Source: a virus
IMG/VR virus record: IMGVR_UViG_3300006735_000027
Coordinates: 1-64,000 of that record
Length of the DNA: 64,000 nucleotides
Direction: 5' to 3' (one strand)
Shown: positions 9,318 through 18,732 of the stretch, piece by piece
Layout of the letters: each line of letters opens with the position of its first letter
Numbering within the stretch: the first letter of the stretch is position 1
Made by a program: the position numbers and the translations under genes
Notes under the pieces: generated by a model
Database searches by the model: none
Told to the model about the DNA's origin: nothing
The model's input: only the letters and a program-made list of their open reading frames with translations

Positions 9318-9587
9318 ATGCAAACACCCACCAAACAAGACATGAGAACGCTGACCATGGTCATGGAGCGACTGCTACATCCCATCATTGGTCGACCCGT
9401 CCACGTGTCGTTCGCCTTGCTCGGAGATGTCCCTTTCACCACTGCGGTGCAGACTTCACTGTATGAATTCGACGAGAGTCAGACCGGTCCCAAGGGGCCG
9501 ATGTACATCACCCTGAACGCCTTGCTCGTCCACGATGTTGAGGAACTGCTGGAAGTGCTGGAGAGAATCATCGACGCAGGACAGTGA
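9318..9587 (+). CDS. Hypothetical protein with a PIP-box-like QTSLYEF motif
   Basis: 89-aa ORF with SD, filling the operon gap. Confidence 0.6.
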   Translation: MQTPTKQDMRTLTMVMERLLHPIIGRPVHVSFALLGDVPFTTAVQTSLYEFDESQTGPKGPMYITLNALLVHDVEELLEVLERIIDAGQ

Positions 9588-9591
9588 ACGC

Positions 9592-10707
9592 ATGCAACTG
9601 GTCTTCGATTATCCGAGAGAGGTCATGGAACTCGGGGCAGAGAAGGGTAGAGGTTATCGTAAAATTGTGCGTAGCAATACGGACTTGGAGCGATATTGGG
9701 AAGGGAAGAATGGTGTGTCCAACGCTTACATGACTGTGTACGGCTATCGGGCTACCGTTCCGCCGTTCAACAAGCGCGTGGACCTGATAACGCCGATTGT
9801 CCGACATTTCGTCATGGACTTCGACCCGAAGGATTTCCGTCAAAGGGGCTCACCTGACGTCAGCCCTGAGAAGGCTCTGCATCAGACGCAGCGCCTTCAC
9901 CATCATCTGCTGTCTGAAGACATCTCTCACGGCGTCTGGTACAGTGGCGGAGGCTTCCACGTCTGGGTGGCCCTCGACAAGCCCTACATGCCGTCGAGCG
10001 GCGGTCACCTGTCCGACGTCAAGGAAGCAGGGATGCGCGTGGTCAACGAATGGATTCACGACATGAACTTGTTCTGCTCTGACCCTGCTGTTCCGTTCGA
10101 TACCAGCGGTATGATTCGCATTCCAAACTCGTACAACTCCAAGCGCGGGCTGTGGTCTATTCCCCTGAGTTCCAAGGACTTGGAGGAAGGTCTCGACTAC
10201 ATCATGCTCAAGGCGCTTGATGCCCACTCTGGTATGATTCCCTATGGTTCAAAGGGCCTCGCGCTGGACGTCAAGCGCACCAAAGCCAAGCGTGCTGTCT
10301 TCGACCCCAACGCCGCTCCTATCGACTTGCCCACGGCCTCGATGGATGGCGTCATCATTCTCCCCTGCCTTAACTCGGCCGCGTGTCGTGTCGGCAGCAA
10401 CCCCAGCCATGACGCTCGCGTCCAGTTGGTCAAATACCTCTCCAAGCGCTTGCGCAATTTCATTCCCGTTCAGCGTATCGACCGCGAAAAGTTGGAAGAA
10501 CATACCGAAACCATTGTCGACTACATCCAACGGCTCGACTGGGCTGACTTCAACGAGCGAACTACTCGATACCAAGTAGGTACTATCGTAGGTACGGAAT
10601 ATCCTCAAACGTGCTCAATGCTTCACAAGAAGGGTATGTGCCTTGGGAAGTGCAGGTATTGGGACAAGACTGGTGCGATTGACGAAGAGGTGACCGCTGA
10701 TGAGTGA
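9592..10707 (+). CDS. Archaeo-eukaryotic primase; catalytic PriS domain fused to a PriL-like Fe-S C-terminal domain
   Basis: MDFD, YSGGGFHVW and DTSGMIRIPNSYN, then PCL...HDAR...TCSML...CLGKC. Confidence 0.85.
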   Translation: MQLVFDYPREVMELGAEKGRGYRKIVRSNTDLERYWEGKNGVSNAYMTVYGYRATVPPFNKRVDLITPIVRHFVMDFDPKDFRQRGSPDVSPEKALHQTQRLHHHLLSEDISHGVWYSGGGFHVWVALDKPYMPSSGGHLSDVKEAGMRVVNEWIHDMNLFCSDPAVPFDTSGMIRIPNSYNSKRGLWSIPLSSKDLEEGLDYIMLKALDAHSGMIPYGSKGLALDVKRTKAKRAVFDPNAAPIDLPTASMDGVIILPCLNSAACRVGSNPSHDARVQLVKYLSKRLRNFIPVQRIDREKLEEHTETIVDYIQRLDWADFNERTTRYQVGTIVGTEYPQTCSMLHKKGMCLGKCRYWDKTGAIDEEVTADE

Positions 10708-10942
10708 GAGTTACGCGATGGTCGAGTGGACTGGTCGACGTAAGGGCACCAAGCCCCATCATCTCGTTCCTAAGCGTAGGGATGGCTCAGTCCGAAAGGG
10801 CGATATGTCGTTCTGCGGCATGGTCGGCGTTGGCGACAGCGACTGGACTGTCGTTAATAATCCAGAAAACCGAGCATGTCGAAGATGCGTCCGGTTCTCC
10901 AAGCGGTACGAGAGTATGAAATCGAGGAGGAAGATGAAGTGA
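10700..10942 (+). CDS. Small basic His/Cys protein
   Basis: 80 aa, overlapping both neighbours; HHL...FCG...CRRC. Confidence 0.6.
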   Translation: MSESYAMVEWTGRRKGTKPHHLVPKRRDGSVRKGDMSFCGMVGVGDSDWTVVNNPENRACRRCVRFSKRYESMKSRRKMK

Positions 10943-11670
10943 AGCGAGGTCCTCTGGTCATCGACTCTAACGAGCGTGGCCCTCTCCACGATGCCGTGGT
11001 GCGTGCCGCAGCACGTGAGGGCTTCGATGTCGTCAAAGAGCACCTTCAGGGTATGGGCGACTATAAGGCAGGTAACGCCAACATCGAATGCAAGAGCCTG
11101 CCCGACCTACTCTCTTCATCCTACAGCGGCCACCTGATGCGTCAAATCGAAAACCTCGATGCCAACTGCGAGCGCGTGTTCCTCGTCGTCCACGGCGACG
11201 TAGCCAAATACGTGGCCATGTCCAAGCGACAGGGCCGCAAGACTTCATTTTCCAAGGTGATGAACCAGATGCTGGGCCTATTCGCACGCCTCTCGGCAGA
11301 CTTTGACTGCCACATCTACCGCGCCAAAGACCACACTGAGGCAGCCATGTTCATTGCCAAACTGCACAGCAAGATGCACAAGCCCGCCAGTCGACACGGC
11401 GCGCGGGCCGTCACAAGGACCAGCACGAACGACGTGCGGGCCGATATGCTCATTACCGTCCCCGGTTTCGGACCGGAGTTGGTCAACAAGACTCTGGAGG
11501 CATGCGGGTCAATTGAAGAGATGCTGTACCCGGAGTCATTGAAGCAAGTAAGAGGAATGGGAACCACGCTACGCAAGCGATTGCTCGACGTTTTGACGTC
11601 AGAAGAGCCTGTGCGCGTCCAGAAAACTTACGGGAGAGGAGGAAACGAACATGATGGAGCACAGGGCTGA
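10939..11670 (+). CDS. ERCC4/XPF (Hef-like) structure-specific nuclease with HhH motifs
   Basis: VIDSNE, GDY...IECKS..DLLSS, and C-terminal VPGFGP and VRGMG hairpins. GTG start at 10939 after GAGGAGG. Confidence 0.88.
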   Translation: MKRGPLVIDSNERGPLHDAVVRAAAREGFDVVKEHLQGMGDYKAGNANIECKSLPDLLSSSYSGHLMRQIENLDANCERVFLVVHGDVAKYVAMSKRQGRKTSFSKVMNQMLGLFARLSADFDCHIYRAKDHTEAAMFIAKLHSKMHKPASRHGARAVTRTSTNDVRADMLITVPGFGPELVNKTLEACGSIEEMLYPESLKQVRGMGTTLRKRLLDVLTSEEPVRVQKTYGRGGNEHDGAQG

Positions 11671-13075
11671 AAACTACGAATGCGTGAAACAATACCCGGT
11701 GCTGCGAGGCTACTTGGAACACTTCAATCAGTACAGCCGGAACAATGAGATTCCGGGCTTGCTGTCGTTCTTTTTCATCCTCGGGCAAGCGGCTGTACCC
11801 TACGTCCGCATCCCCGTGGGTGGAAGCAACCTCGACCCCCGCGTCAGCATGTTCTGGATTCAAGACACGCGGACAGGAAAGTCAGCCGCATATCAGGTCA
11901 TTGAGCAGGTCCTCAACGAGGCAAACATGCGCAGTGAGGACTACAACTCCGGCAACGACGCTGCTTTGGTCGGTACACTCGTACCTGACCCAGACTCAGA
12001 AGACCGTCGCAACCCGGACATGATTGTTCGTCCCGGCCTCCTCGCAGGTCGCAAGGGACTGAACTTCGACGAAGGGAGCGTCGTACTCAAGACCGGGCAG
12101 CACAACGAGAACACTACGCTGTTCCTTCAGTCTGCTCTCAACGCGGCAGGGACCGGTCGGAACATCCTGACCAAGCACATGGCCCGCGACACCTTCAGCG
12201 TCAAGTCTGAGGTGTCTCTGTGGATTACGACTTACCCGCCAAAGGGTATCAAAGAACACGTCCTCGACAAGGGCATTTTCCAGCGCGTGCTGACCTACTG
12301 GCGCCATTGGACGCTGGATATGAAGCGCACCATCAACCACGAACTGGCCGAAGCCGTGCACCATAAGCCTGAGTTTGAGGTGCCGTTCGACAACGTGGTC
12401 GACTTCTTCAAAGAGGCTCAGAAGCGGCTCAAGCGACGCGTGCAAGAACTGGCAGATATCCCTCCGATGGAGTGGGACGACATGCGCGAGGACGACCAAG
12501 AAGCCGTTGTGATGAGTCTCATGCACCGCATGTTCACGGTTGACGAGTCCTACATCCCGGCCCTGATGTCGGCAATTGACGAATACTATTCCATCGTCGA
12601 GCCACTGGGGCCAGACAAGCAGGGCATCTGTTCGTCCTTTATCATGGGGCTTCAGAACTACACCAACGTACTGGCTCACCACATGGCCATGGTCGAAGGT
12701 GTCTGGGTAGTCACCGGAGACCACATCGACATGGCACGAGAAATCCTGTTTGACCTGTATGGCAACTTGATTCAGTGGCTTGAGTCGGAAATCAACATTG
12801 GGGCGGGTAACGCTGAGAAGAAGAAGATGCAGGGTCTATGGCGCAAAGCATTCAACCAGTGCGAAGTGTTTGACTTCGACGACGCGCGTGGGCAAGGATG
12901 GGCGAAAAAGAAGGACATGCTGTCTACTTTTGGCCGATTGGCGAACTACGCCAGCCGTGGCACCATCAACTCCAAGTTCAACGAGTACGCAGGTCCGATG
13001 TTCCAAGATACGCGCGAAGGTGTCGGCATTTACGTCCGCCTGCGCGCAGAACACCGAAAGGGGAAGGAGGCATGA
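11651..13075 (+). CDS. mcm: MCM-like AAA+ replicative helicase (N-terminally reduced)
   Basis: Walker A variant DTRTGKS, AALVG...IVRPGLLA, Walker B LNFDE, FQRVL and VTGDHIDMA. Confidence 0.75.
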   Translation: MMEHRAENYECVKQYPVLRGYLEHFNQYSRNNEIPGLLSFFFILGQAAVPYVRIPVGGSNLDPRVSMFWIQDTRTGKSAAYQVIEQVLNEANMRSEDYNSGNDAALVGTLVPDPDSEDRRNPDMIVRPGLLAGRKGLNFDEGSVVLKTGQHNENTTLFLQSALNAAGTGRNILTKHMARDTFSVKSEVSLWITTYPPKGIKEHVLDKGIFQRVLTYWRHWTLDMKRTINHELAEAVHHKPEFEVPFDNVVDFFKEAQKRLKRRVQELADIPPMEWDDMREDDQEAVVMSLMHRMFTVDESYIPALMSAIDEYYSIVEPLGPDKQGICSSFIMGLQNYTNVLAHHMAMVEGVWVVTGDHIDMAREILFDLYGNLIQWLESEINIGAGNAEKKKMQGLWRKAFNQCEVFDFDDARGQGWAKKKDMLSTFGRLANYASRGTINSKFNEYAGPMFQDTREGVGIYVRLRAEHRKGKEA

Positions 13076-13233
13076 CGTTTTGGTGTACCGAATGCGTTAT
13101 GTGCGACACGCCCGTGGGTGCGGATATAGGTGGCTGGATTCTCGGCAAACACCACGGAAAGGAGGTTGCGTTGTGCGATTGGTGCCATCACTGCATGGAG
13201 GTATGCTTCAATGAGAAAAATGCTGGCTCTTGA
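13072..13233 (+). CDS. Small Cys-rich Zn-finger protein
   Basis: ATGA overlap, SD GGAGG; CTECVMC...CDWCHHC. Confidence 0.65.
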   Translation: MTFWCTECVMCDTPVGADIGGWILGKHHGKEVALCDWCHHCMEVCFNEKNAGS

Positions 13234-13819
13234 TATCGAGACTGGAAACTACTCGCATGAAATCGGTGGCTGGGGGCAAACGCACCTGTTCGAGCCCACT
13301 GTCGTTGCGACGTGGGACGGCGACAATGGCGTAGTCTACACCAACGAAGCGGTGTCCAAGCATTTGCCCGAGGGCACGGTCGTCAAGAAGTTGCACCCCA
13401 AGGTCATTGGCGAGGACCTCGCCAAGCACGTGTCCGAGGGCGGTCTCGTCTTGGGTCACAACCTAAAGAAGTTCGACCTTCCCATCATCCGCGACGCACT
13501 GGACTGCTGGACGGCAGGCGAAATTCTCACCAAGTCAGACGAGCAGGTGTTCGATACGTCTGCGCTCTTGCGTTCCATAACAGGGCACGCTGTGCCGCTG
13601 TCCGACGCCTGTCTGCACACGCTGCAGAAGGGGAAACTGATGACCAGTCACGACGCGCCCATCGAATGGCGCAAGGGTAACTATGGCAAGGTCGCCGAAT
13701 ACTGCCTGAAAGACGCTGAACTCACCTACGAACTGTGGAAGCACGGGATGGAAGAGGGCTTCGTAAAGGCCCGCTGCCGTCACACCGGCGAAGTGAAGGA
13801 GTTCGAGGTTGACTGGTGA
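13211..13819 (+). CDS. DnaQ/RNase H-like 3'-5' exonuclease
   Basis: Exo I LDIET, Exo II GHNLKKFD and Exo III YCLKD. Confidence 0.88.
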   Translation: MRKMLALDIETGNYSHEIGGWGQTHLFEPTVVATWDGDNGVVYTNEAVSKHLPEGTVVKKLHPKVIGEDLAKHVSEGGLVLGHNLKKFDLPIIRDALDCWTAGEILTKSDEQVFDTSALLRSITGHAVPLSDACLHTLQKGKLMTSHDAPIEWRKGNYGKVAEYCLKDAELTYELWKHGMEEGFVKARCRHTGEVKEFEVDW

Positions 13820-13834
13820 TGAAGAGGGAATGCC

Positions 13835-15325
13835 ATGAATGAAAACGAAGCAAACACAAGTGCAGTTGTCCACAACATCCGAGCCGCAAAACGCGCGGTC
13901 TCGACCGTCAAGACGACGTTGGGGCCGATGGGAATGGACAAGATGATGGTCGACGGCGGCGGAAACGTCATCGTCACCAACGACGGAGCCACCATCCTCC
14001 AGCAACTGGACATCACACATCCGGCAGCCAAGATGGTCGTCGAGGCGGCCAACACGCAGGAAGACATGTGCTACGACGGAACGACAAGCACGGTCGTGCT
14101 TGCAGGTGAACTGTTGGGCAACAGCGAACTGCTGTTCAGCAAGGGTCTGCACGCCAACATCATTTGTCGTGGCTACCGTAAGGCAGCCAAGTGGGCCACA
14201 GAGCACTTCGAGACTCTGACCGTCGACGCTCCTCTGTCCAAAGTGGCACGCACGTCCATCACCGGTAAGGCGTTGGAGTCCAGCATGGAGCACGTCAGCG
14301 AACTGTGCGTGACTGCTGCAGAGAACGCCAATGGTGATTACTCGCGCGTTCGCGTGCTGTCCCAGCCGGGCGGCTCACTCGATGACTCGTACTGTTTCCC
14401 CGGCGTCGTACTCCACAAGGAGTTCATGCTCCCGGCGATGCCTGATGAGCCTGCGCCCAAGGTGCTGCTCATCAACACTGGGCTCGGTGAGGGTAAGAAG
14501 GACGACAACGTCCAACTCAGCCTGTCCTCAGCGCAGGAATACACCCAGTATCGCAAGCAGTCCAGCCGCGATGAGTGGGTCGAAAAGGCCCAAGCCATCG
14601 TGAGCGTGTTGCCCGACGGCGGCACCGTGTTCTGCAGGGACACCGTGAACGAGGTCGTAGCGGCCAGTCTGGCCCGTCACAACATCGCCGTGGTCCACCG
14701 TGTCCCAGAGAGCGACATGACTGCCCTGTCCCGCCTTCTCGACGCCAGCGTCGGTCACAGCGTCGAAGACATCACCGTGGCGTCGGACGGCGACGTGACG
14801 TGCCAGACCATTGGCGACATGCGCTACGTGGTCGTCAAGGGCGAAGGCGAAGTGACCACACTCGTTCTTCGCGGTGCAACGCGACAGACCCTCGACGAGA
14901 CTGAGCGCGGCTTCGAGGACGCCCTCGGTGTCGTTTGTCTCGCTCACAACAGCGGTCAATCCGTGGCCGGGGGTGGCTCAGCCTACCTCAACGCAGCGCT
15001 TCATCTCCGCTCTCGTGCGGCCGAAGCCGGTGGACGTGAGCAGATGGCCATCGAAGCCTTTGCGGAGGCGCTGGAAAGCATCCCTTCCACCATTGCGGAG
15101 AACGCGGGTCACAACCCACTCGACACCGTTCTGGCACTGCGCAACGAGCACATGCAAGGCAACAGCGACGCTGGACCCGACATCGAAGGTGGCGGTGCCT
15201 GCTCCATGGTCGAGCAAGGCGTGTTCGAGCCGCTCGACTTGGTCCGCCAAGCCGTTCAGTCGGCCAGCGAGGTCACCATCAGCATCCTGCGCATCGACGA
15301 CATCATCGGCAAGCGTGGCGAGTGA
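13835..15325 (+). CDS. ths: Group II chaperonin (thermosome subunit)
   Basis: TLGPMGMDKM, TNDGATIL, DGTTS, GGG, LAENAG-like IAENAG and ILRIDDII. Confidence 0.95.
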   Translation: MNENEANTSAVVHNIRAAKRAVSTVKTTLGPMGMDKMMVDGGGNVIVTNDGATILQQLDITHPAAKMVVEAANTQEDMCYDGTTSTVVLAGELLGNSELLFSKGLHANIICRGYRKAAKWATEHFETLTVDAPLSKVARTSITGKALESSMEHVSELCVTAAENANGDYSRVRVLSQPGGSLDDSYCFPGVVLHKEFMLPAMPDEPAPKVLLINTGLGEGKKDDNVQLSLSSAQEYTQYRKQSSRDEWVEKAQAIVSVLPDGGTVFCRDTVNEVVAASLARHNIAVVHRVPESDMTALSRLLDASVGHSVEDITVASDGDVTCQTIGDMRYVVVKGEGEVTTLVLRGATRQTLDETERGFEDALGVVCLAHNSGQSVAGGGSAYLNAALHLRSRAAEAGGREQMAIEAFAEALESIPSTIAENAGHNPLDTVLALRNEHMQGNSDAGPDIEGGGACSMVEQGVFEPLDLVRQAVQSASEVTISILRIDDIIGKRGE

Positions 15326-15332
15326 CGCATAA

Positions 15333-15587
15333 TCATCGCATTTTCTCAGCCCTACGCTTGAGAAAGGTGGAGAATCGGCCACCGGCTCGCCTTGAGACAG
15401 GCTCAGCCCTACGCTTGCGGACGCCCTTGAAGCCCAACTGACCGTGAAATCGGGTGTAGGAGCAGAAAGGACACTCGTGCAGCACGACAGGCTCACCACT
15501 GATGTAGCGCCCTGAGATGCTGCGCGGGAGCATAATGCGGTTGCAGTTCTCGCACTGCTCTTTCAGCAGGTCGATGAAGCGGCCCAT
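15333..15587 (-). CDS. Basic Zn-ribbon protein
   Basis: Start ATG 15587 overlaps the upstream TAA; CENC...CPFC followed by an Arg-rich tail. Confidence 0.7.
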   Translation of the reverse strand: MGRFIDLLKEQCENCNRIMLPRSISGRYISGEPVVLHECPFCSYTRFHGQLGFKGVRKRRAEPVSRRAGGRFSTFLKRRAEKMR

Positions 15588-15763
15588 TAAGCAGCCATCC
15601 AAGTCTGCACCTGCGCAAGCGTGGGTGCGGAGCCAAAGCCCGACGGAGGCCATTGGTCGGCATGATATGTCTGCCCTGATGAGGACGATGTGACTACCGC
15701 GTACTCAGCAAAGTCAAGCGTAGGGTATTGACCTTGAATGGCCTCTTGCATCGTTTTGCTCAT
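15587..15763 (-). CDS. Small protein after the tail fibre, XkdW-like fibre chaperone candidate (58 aa; not in ORF track)
   Basis: MSKTMQEAIQGQYPTLDF...W...APTLAQVQTWMAA; overlaps both neighbours by 1 nt. Confidence 0.6.
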   Translation of the reverse strand: MSKTMQEAIQGQYPTLDFAEYAVVTSSSSGQTYHADQWPPSGFGSAPTLAQVQTWMAA

Positions 15764-18378
15764 CAGGAATCACCAATCCTTCGCACGGCCCATCGACAGT
15801 ATTCTCCACCGCGTAGTTGCTGAGTACCACTATTACCAGTATCATCTTCTTTGCGAACGAAGAAGTAAATTTCAACGTAGTCTGAATCAGCCAAGACAAT
15901 TTCCGTCGAAACCGGCGCGGTCTTCGCGGAAGGGCTTCCAACAGTCGCAGTTCCTTGCCTCACCACAACAGAACCATTGACGTAAATGGCAACGTGAAGT
16001 TGATATGGGCTTGTGGCGACTGATGGAAGCGTCGAGTTTGAAGCCACCCAGCCAACCTGTGCGTGAATGGAGTACAACCCGCCTTGTCCTGAACCCACAG
16101 TGAACTTTTCACCGTCCGTGGCGCTGTCCAACGTAAGCGTCTCGTTGTTGATGATGTCCCAATACTCGACTTTATGCCACGTTCCTGCCGTGTGACCTGA
16201 ATCGTTGGTATTGGAGCCGACCTTAGCGGTGAAGTAGAGGGGGTCGGGGCTGCCAAGGTCGGCGATGGCTTGGGTGGTCACCGTCTTCAGATTGTCTGAG
16301 TCGTTGGTGTCTTGAATGAGCACTTTGTCGTCCGTAGCAACAGTTGCTCCAGTCAGCGATGCCCCGCTGATTGCTGACGCGACGTTGGTTGCGTCCGTCA
16401 CGTCCGCGCTTGCTTCGATGGCGTCGAGTTTGGTCTTGTCCGCGCCGGACATCGAGCCTGCTGCACTCGTTGTGGCCGCGCTGATGCCGATTGTGCCTGA
16501 CCCTGTGATGGTGCCGCCGGTGATGGGTGCCGTCGTAGCGACACTCGTGACTGTACCTGCGTTTGCAGTCGCACCATCCGCTACGTTCAAATCACCCCTC
16601 ATCTCAGCAGCAGTTCGACCTTCGACGGATGTTCCGTCGATTTTCAAGAAGTCATTGTCTGCTACTGCTGCGTTGGCGACCAGCACATTCCCGTTGGAAA
16701 CGCCACCAGTCAGCCCCTTCACAAACGCAAGATTGGTCACCTCGCTGTCCATCAGCGCACCTGCGGCGGTCACATTGGTTGCATCAGTTACATCTGCATT
16801 TGCCTCAATGCCGCTCAATTTGCTGCGCTCGGAACCAGTGATGATGGCACCAGAGCCAACGTTGCTCACGTCGCTCAGTTCAGTGACGCTGTCCGTGGCA
16901 TGAATGACCTTCTTGTCGGTCCCTGCATCGTCTGTGAAATACAGTCGGTTCGGAGCGTCGTTCTTGACCCAGAGCAGGCCCTTTCCAGCAGCAGTGCTGT
17001 GACCAGTGCCCGCTACGTTCGCTTTCTCGTCAATGACCAGTCCAGTAGGGTCAATGAGTCCAGTGACGGTAAGTTTGCCATCTACCGTCAGCGTTGAAGA
17101 GCCGCTGGCCCATGCTAACTTCGTGTCGCTCGTGAAGCCACCAGAGCCATTCGATAACTGCACAAGGCCAGTCGCGCCGCTGGAAGAAGGGAAACTGGAC
17201 GGAGCGGCGATAACCTGATGCCAGTTGTCCCCATCGTACACAAATCGAGCAGATTCCCCTGATGCAATGTTGACGTTGATGGGCGTGCTGCTGTGCCCTC
17301 CACTGGTGGAGTCGAAATGTAGGTTGTGCGCACCTGCCTTGTGGAAGATGTCCACGACGTGACCGGCGGAGAAAACTCCTGTCGGATTGATGGTTCGCGC
17401 GGCATCGGTCGTGATGACCCAGATATTGGCTTCGTCGAACGTGAACGTGACGTTGCCTGATGTAGTGATGACTTCCAACCTGTCTGGACCAAGCACGTAG
17501 GTGCCAGTCACAGGCGTGGTGTTGAGATTCTTCGGTAAGGCCGTTAGGATGACTCCGTGCTTGGCACCAGCAACGTCCTCCCGGTGCGTCTGCCAGATGG
17601 CTCCGAACGTGCTTCCAGTAAGGTCGCCTTCTTCTGGCGATGCAAAGAAAGAGTCTGGGTTAGTCAGTGCATTGGCGGCATCGACGTTCCCAATGGCACC
17701 CTTGGTCATCGGCGTCAGATAAAGCGGCGACTTGCGCAAGAACGTGCGTCGGTCGTGGATGACTGGGCTGCCGAGGCTGGCAGTCACGTTGGCCGCTCCT
17801 CCCGACATCGTGTAGCGAATGACTCCGAGCACGGTGGTCTGATGATTCAAGTCAGTATTACCTGTGACGCTCGGGCTGGAAAGGAACCGGTTGGGGAGCA
17901 GCGGTGTTCCACTCGTCGCCGCAGCAGGCGTACCCATCTCGTACATCAGATGTGCTTCTGGGGTGCTCCTACCGACAAGGTACACGACGACAAAGACGTC
18001 GCTGTTACTGCCCGGAACGCTGGGCAAATCACCGCTGTGACTTGCGCCGCCTCCAGTGGTGCCAACGATGAACGTCTCGTGCGAGCCCGGACCGTTGGCG
18101 AACTTATACAGGACGCCGTCGAGGGTGCAAAAGCCACCGTAGACCTTGACCTCGCCCTGAGACGAGCCAATCTGGATGAAACCGGGCGTGTTGGCGACCA
18201 CGCTGTTGCGCAGCGAGTCACCTTTGGCACCGTCGCCGAGGCGCATGATACCGTTACCGTGCAGGCCTTCGTACAGATTCGTCAGGCTCGGACTGGTCAG
18301 TCCGTCGCCATCTCGTAGACCCTGTGCATCAGAGCCCATGCCAGTTGCGCTGGTGTGTCCTGCTGTTGGATTGGTCAA
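15763..18378 (-). CDS. Tail fibre / receptor-binding protein
   Basis: 871 aa, G/S/T/A-rich, with two KL..IEA.ADVTDATNV repeats and a C-terminal C1q/TNF-like beta head. Confidence 0.75.
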   Translation of the reverse strand: MTNPTAGHTSATGMGSDAQGLRDGDGLTSPSLTNLYEGLHGNGIMRLGDGAKGDSLRNSVVANTPGFIQIGSSQGEVKVYGGFCTLDGVLYKFANGPGSHETFIVGTTGGGASHSGDLPSVPGSNSDVFVVVYLVGRSTPEAHLMYEMGTPAAATSGTPLLPNRFLSSPSVTGNTDLNHQTTVLGVIRYTMSGGAANVTASLGSPVIHDRRTFLRKSPLYLTPMTKGAIGNVDAANALTNPDSFFASPEEGDLTGSTFGAIWQTHREDVAGAKHGVILTALPKNLNTTPVTGTYVLGPDRLEVITTSGNVTFTFDEANIWVITTDAARTINPTGVFSAGHVVDIFHKAGAHNLHFDSTSGGHSSTPINVNIASGESARFVYDGDNWHQVIAAPSSFPSSSGATGLVQLSNGSGGFTSDTKLAWASGSSTLTVDGKLTVTGLIDPTGLVIDEKANVAGTGHSTAAGKGLLWVKNDAPNRLYFTDDAGTDKKVIHATDSVTELSDVSNVGSGAIITGSERSKLSGIEANADVTDATNVTAAGALMDSEVTNLAFVKGLTGGVSNGNVLVANAAVADNDFLKIDGTSVEGRTAAEMRGDLNVADGATANAGTVTSVATTAPITGGTITGSGTIGISAATTSAAGSMSGADKTKLDAIEASADVTDATNVASAISGASLTGATVATDDKVLIQDTNDSDNLKTVTTQAIADLGSPDPLYFTAKVGSNTNDSGHTAGTWHKVEYWDIINNETLTLDSATDGEKFTVGSGQGGLYSIHAQVGWVASNSTLPSVATSPYQLHVAIYVNGSVVVRQGTATVGSPSAKTAPVSTEIVLADSDYVEIYFFVRKEDDTGNSGTQQLRGGEYCRWAVRRIGDS

Positions 18379-18731
18379 ATGCCCACCTCGATGAGTGCTG
18401 AAAACTGAATCTCGTTGTTACTGGTCTTCTCAATTGCGTTATAGGTGTAGCGCATGAAGTCCGTCGTGTCTGTCGAATCACTCGGATTTTTATAGCGAAT
18501 GACGACCTCTCGCAAAGGCCGCGTGAACGCCGTGCTTAGAGGCACGCTGGCCTCAACCATCAAGGTGTTGTCGTCAATGACCTTCACACTCGGCGTAACA
18601 ACCACTGCTGGGTTGCCAATGCCGCCGTCTTGCTGCGTAGCCAACGTGCCGTCAAATCCGAAAACAACCTCGTTGATGCGGTCCTTCAGCGTGTCGACCA
18701 AAAATCGAGTCCCTTCGTTCAACAATGGCAT
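18375..18731 (-). CDS. Putative tail/baseplate protein
   Basis: 118 aa, translationally coupled within the tail operon. Confidence 0.55.
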   Translation of the reverse strand: MPLLNEGTRFLVDTLKDRINEVVFGFDGTLATQQDGGIGNPAVVVTPSVKVIDDNTLMVEASVPLSTAFTRPLREVVIRYKNPSDSTDTTDFMRYTYNAIEKTSNNEIQFSALIEVGI

Positions 18732-18732
18732 A

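Noticed and set aside
15763-18378. Diversity-generating retroelement acting on the tail fibre
   Set aside because: No reverse transcriptase and no template/variable repeat pair differing at adenines was found in the window.
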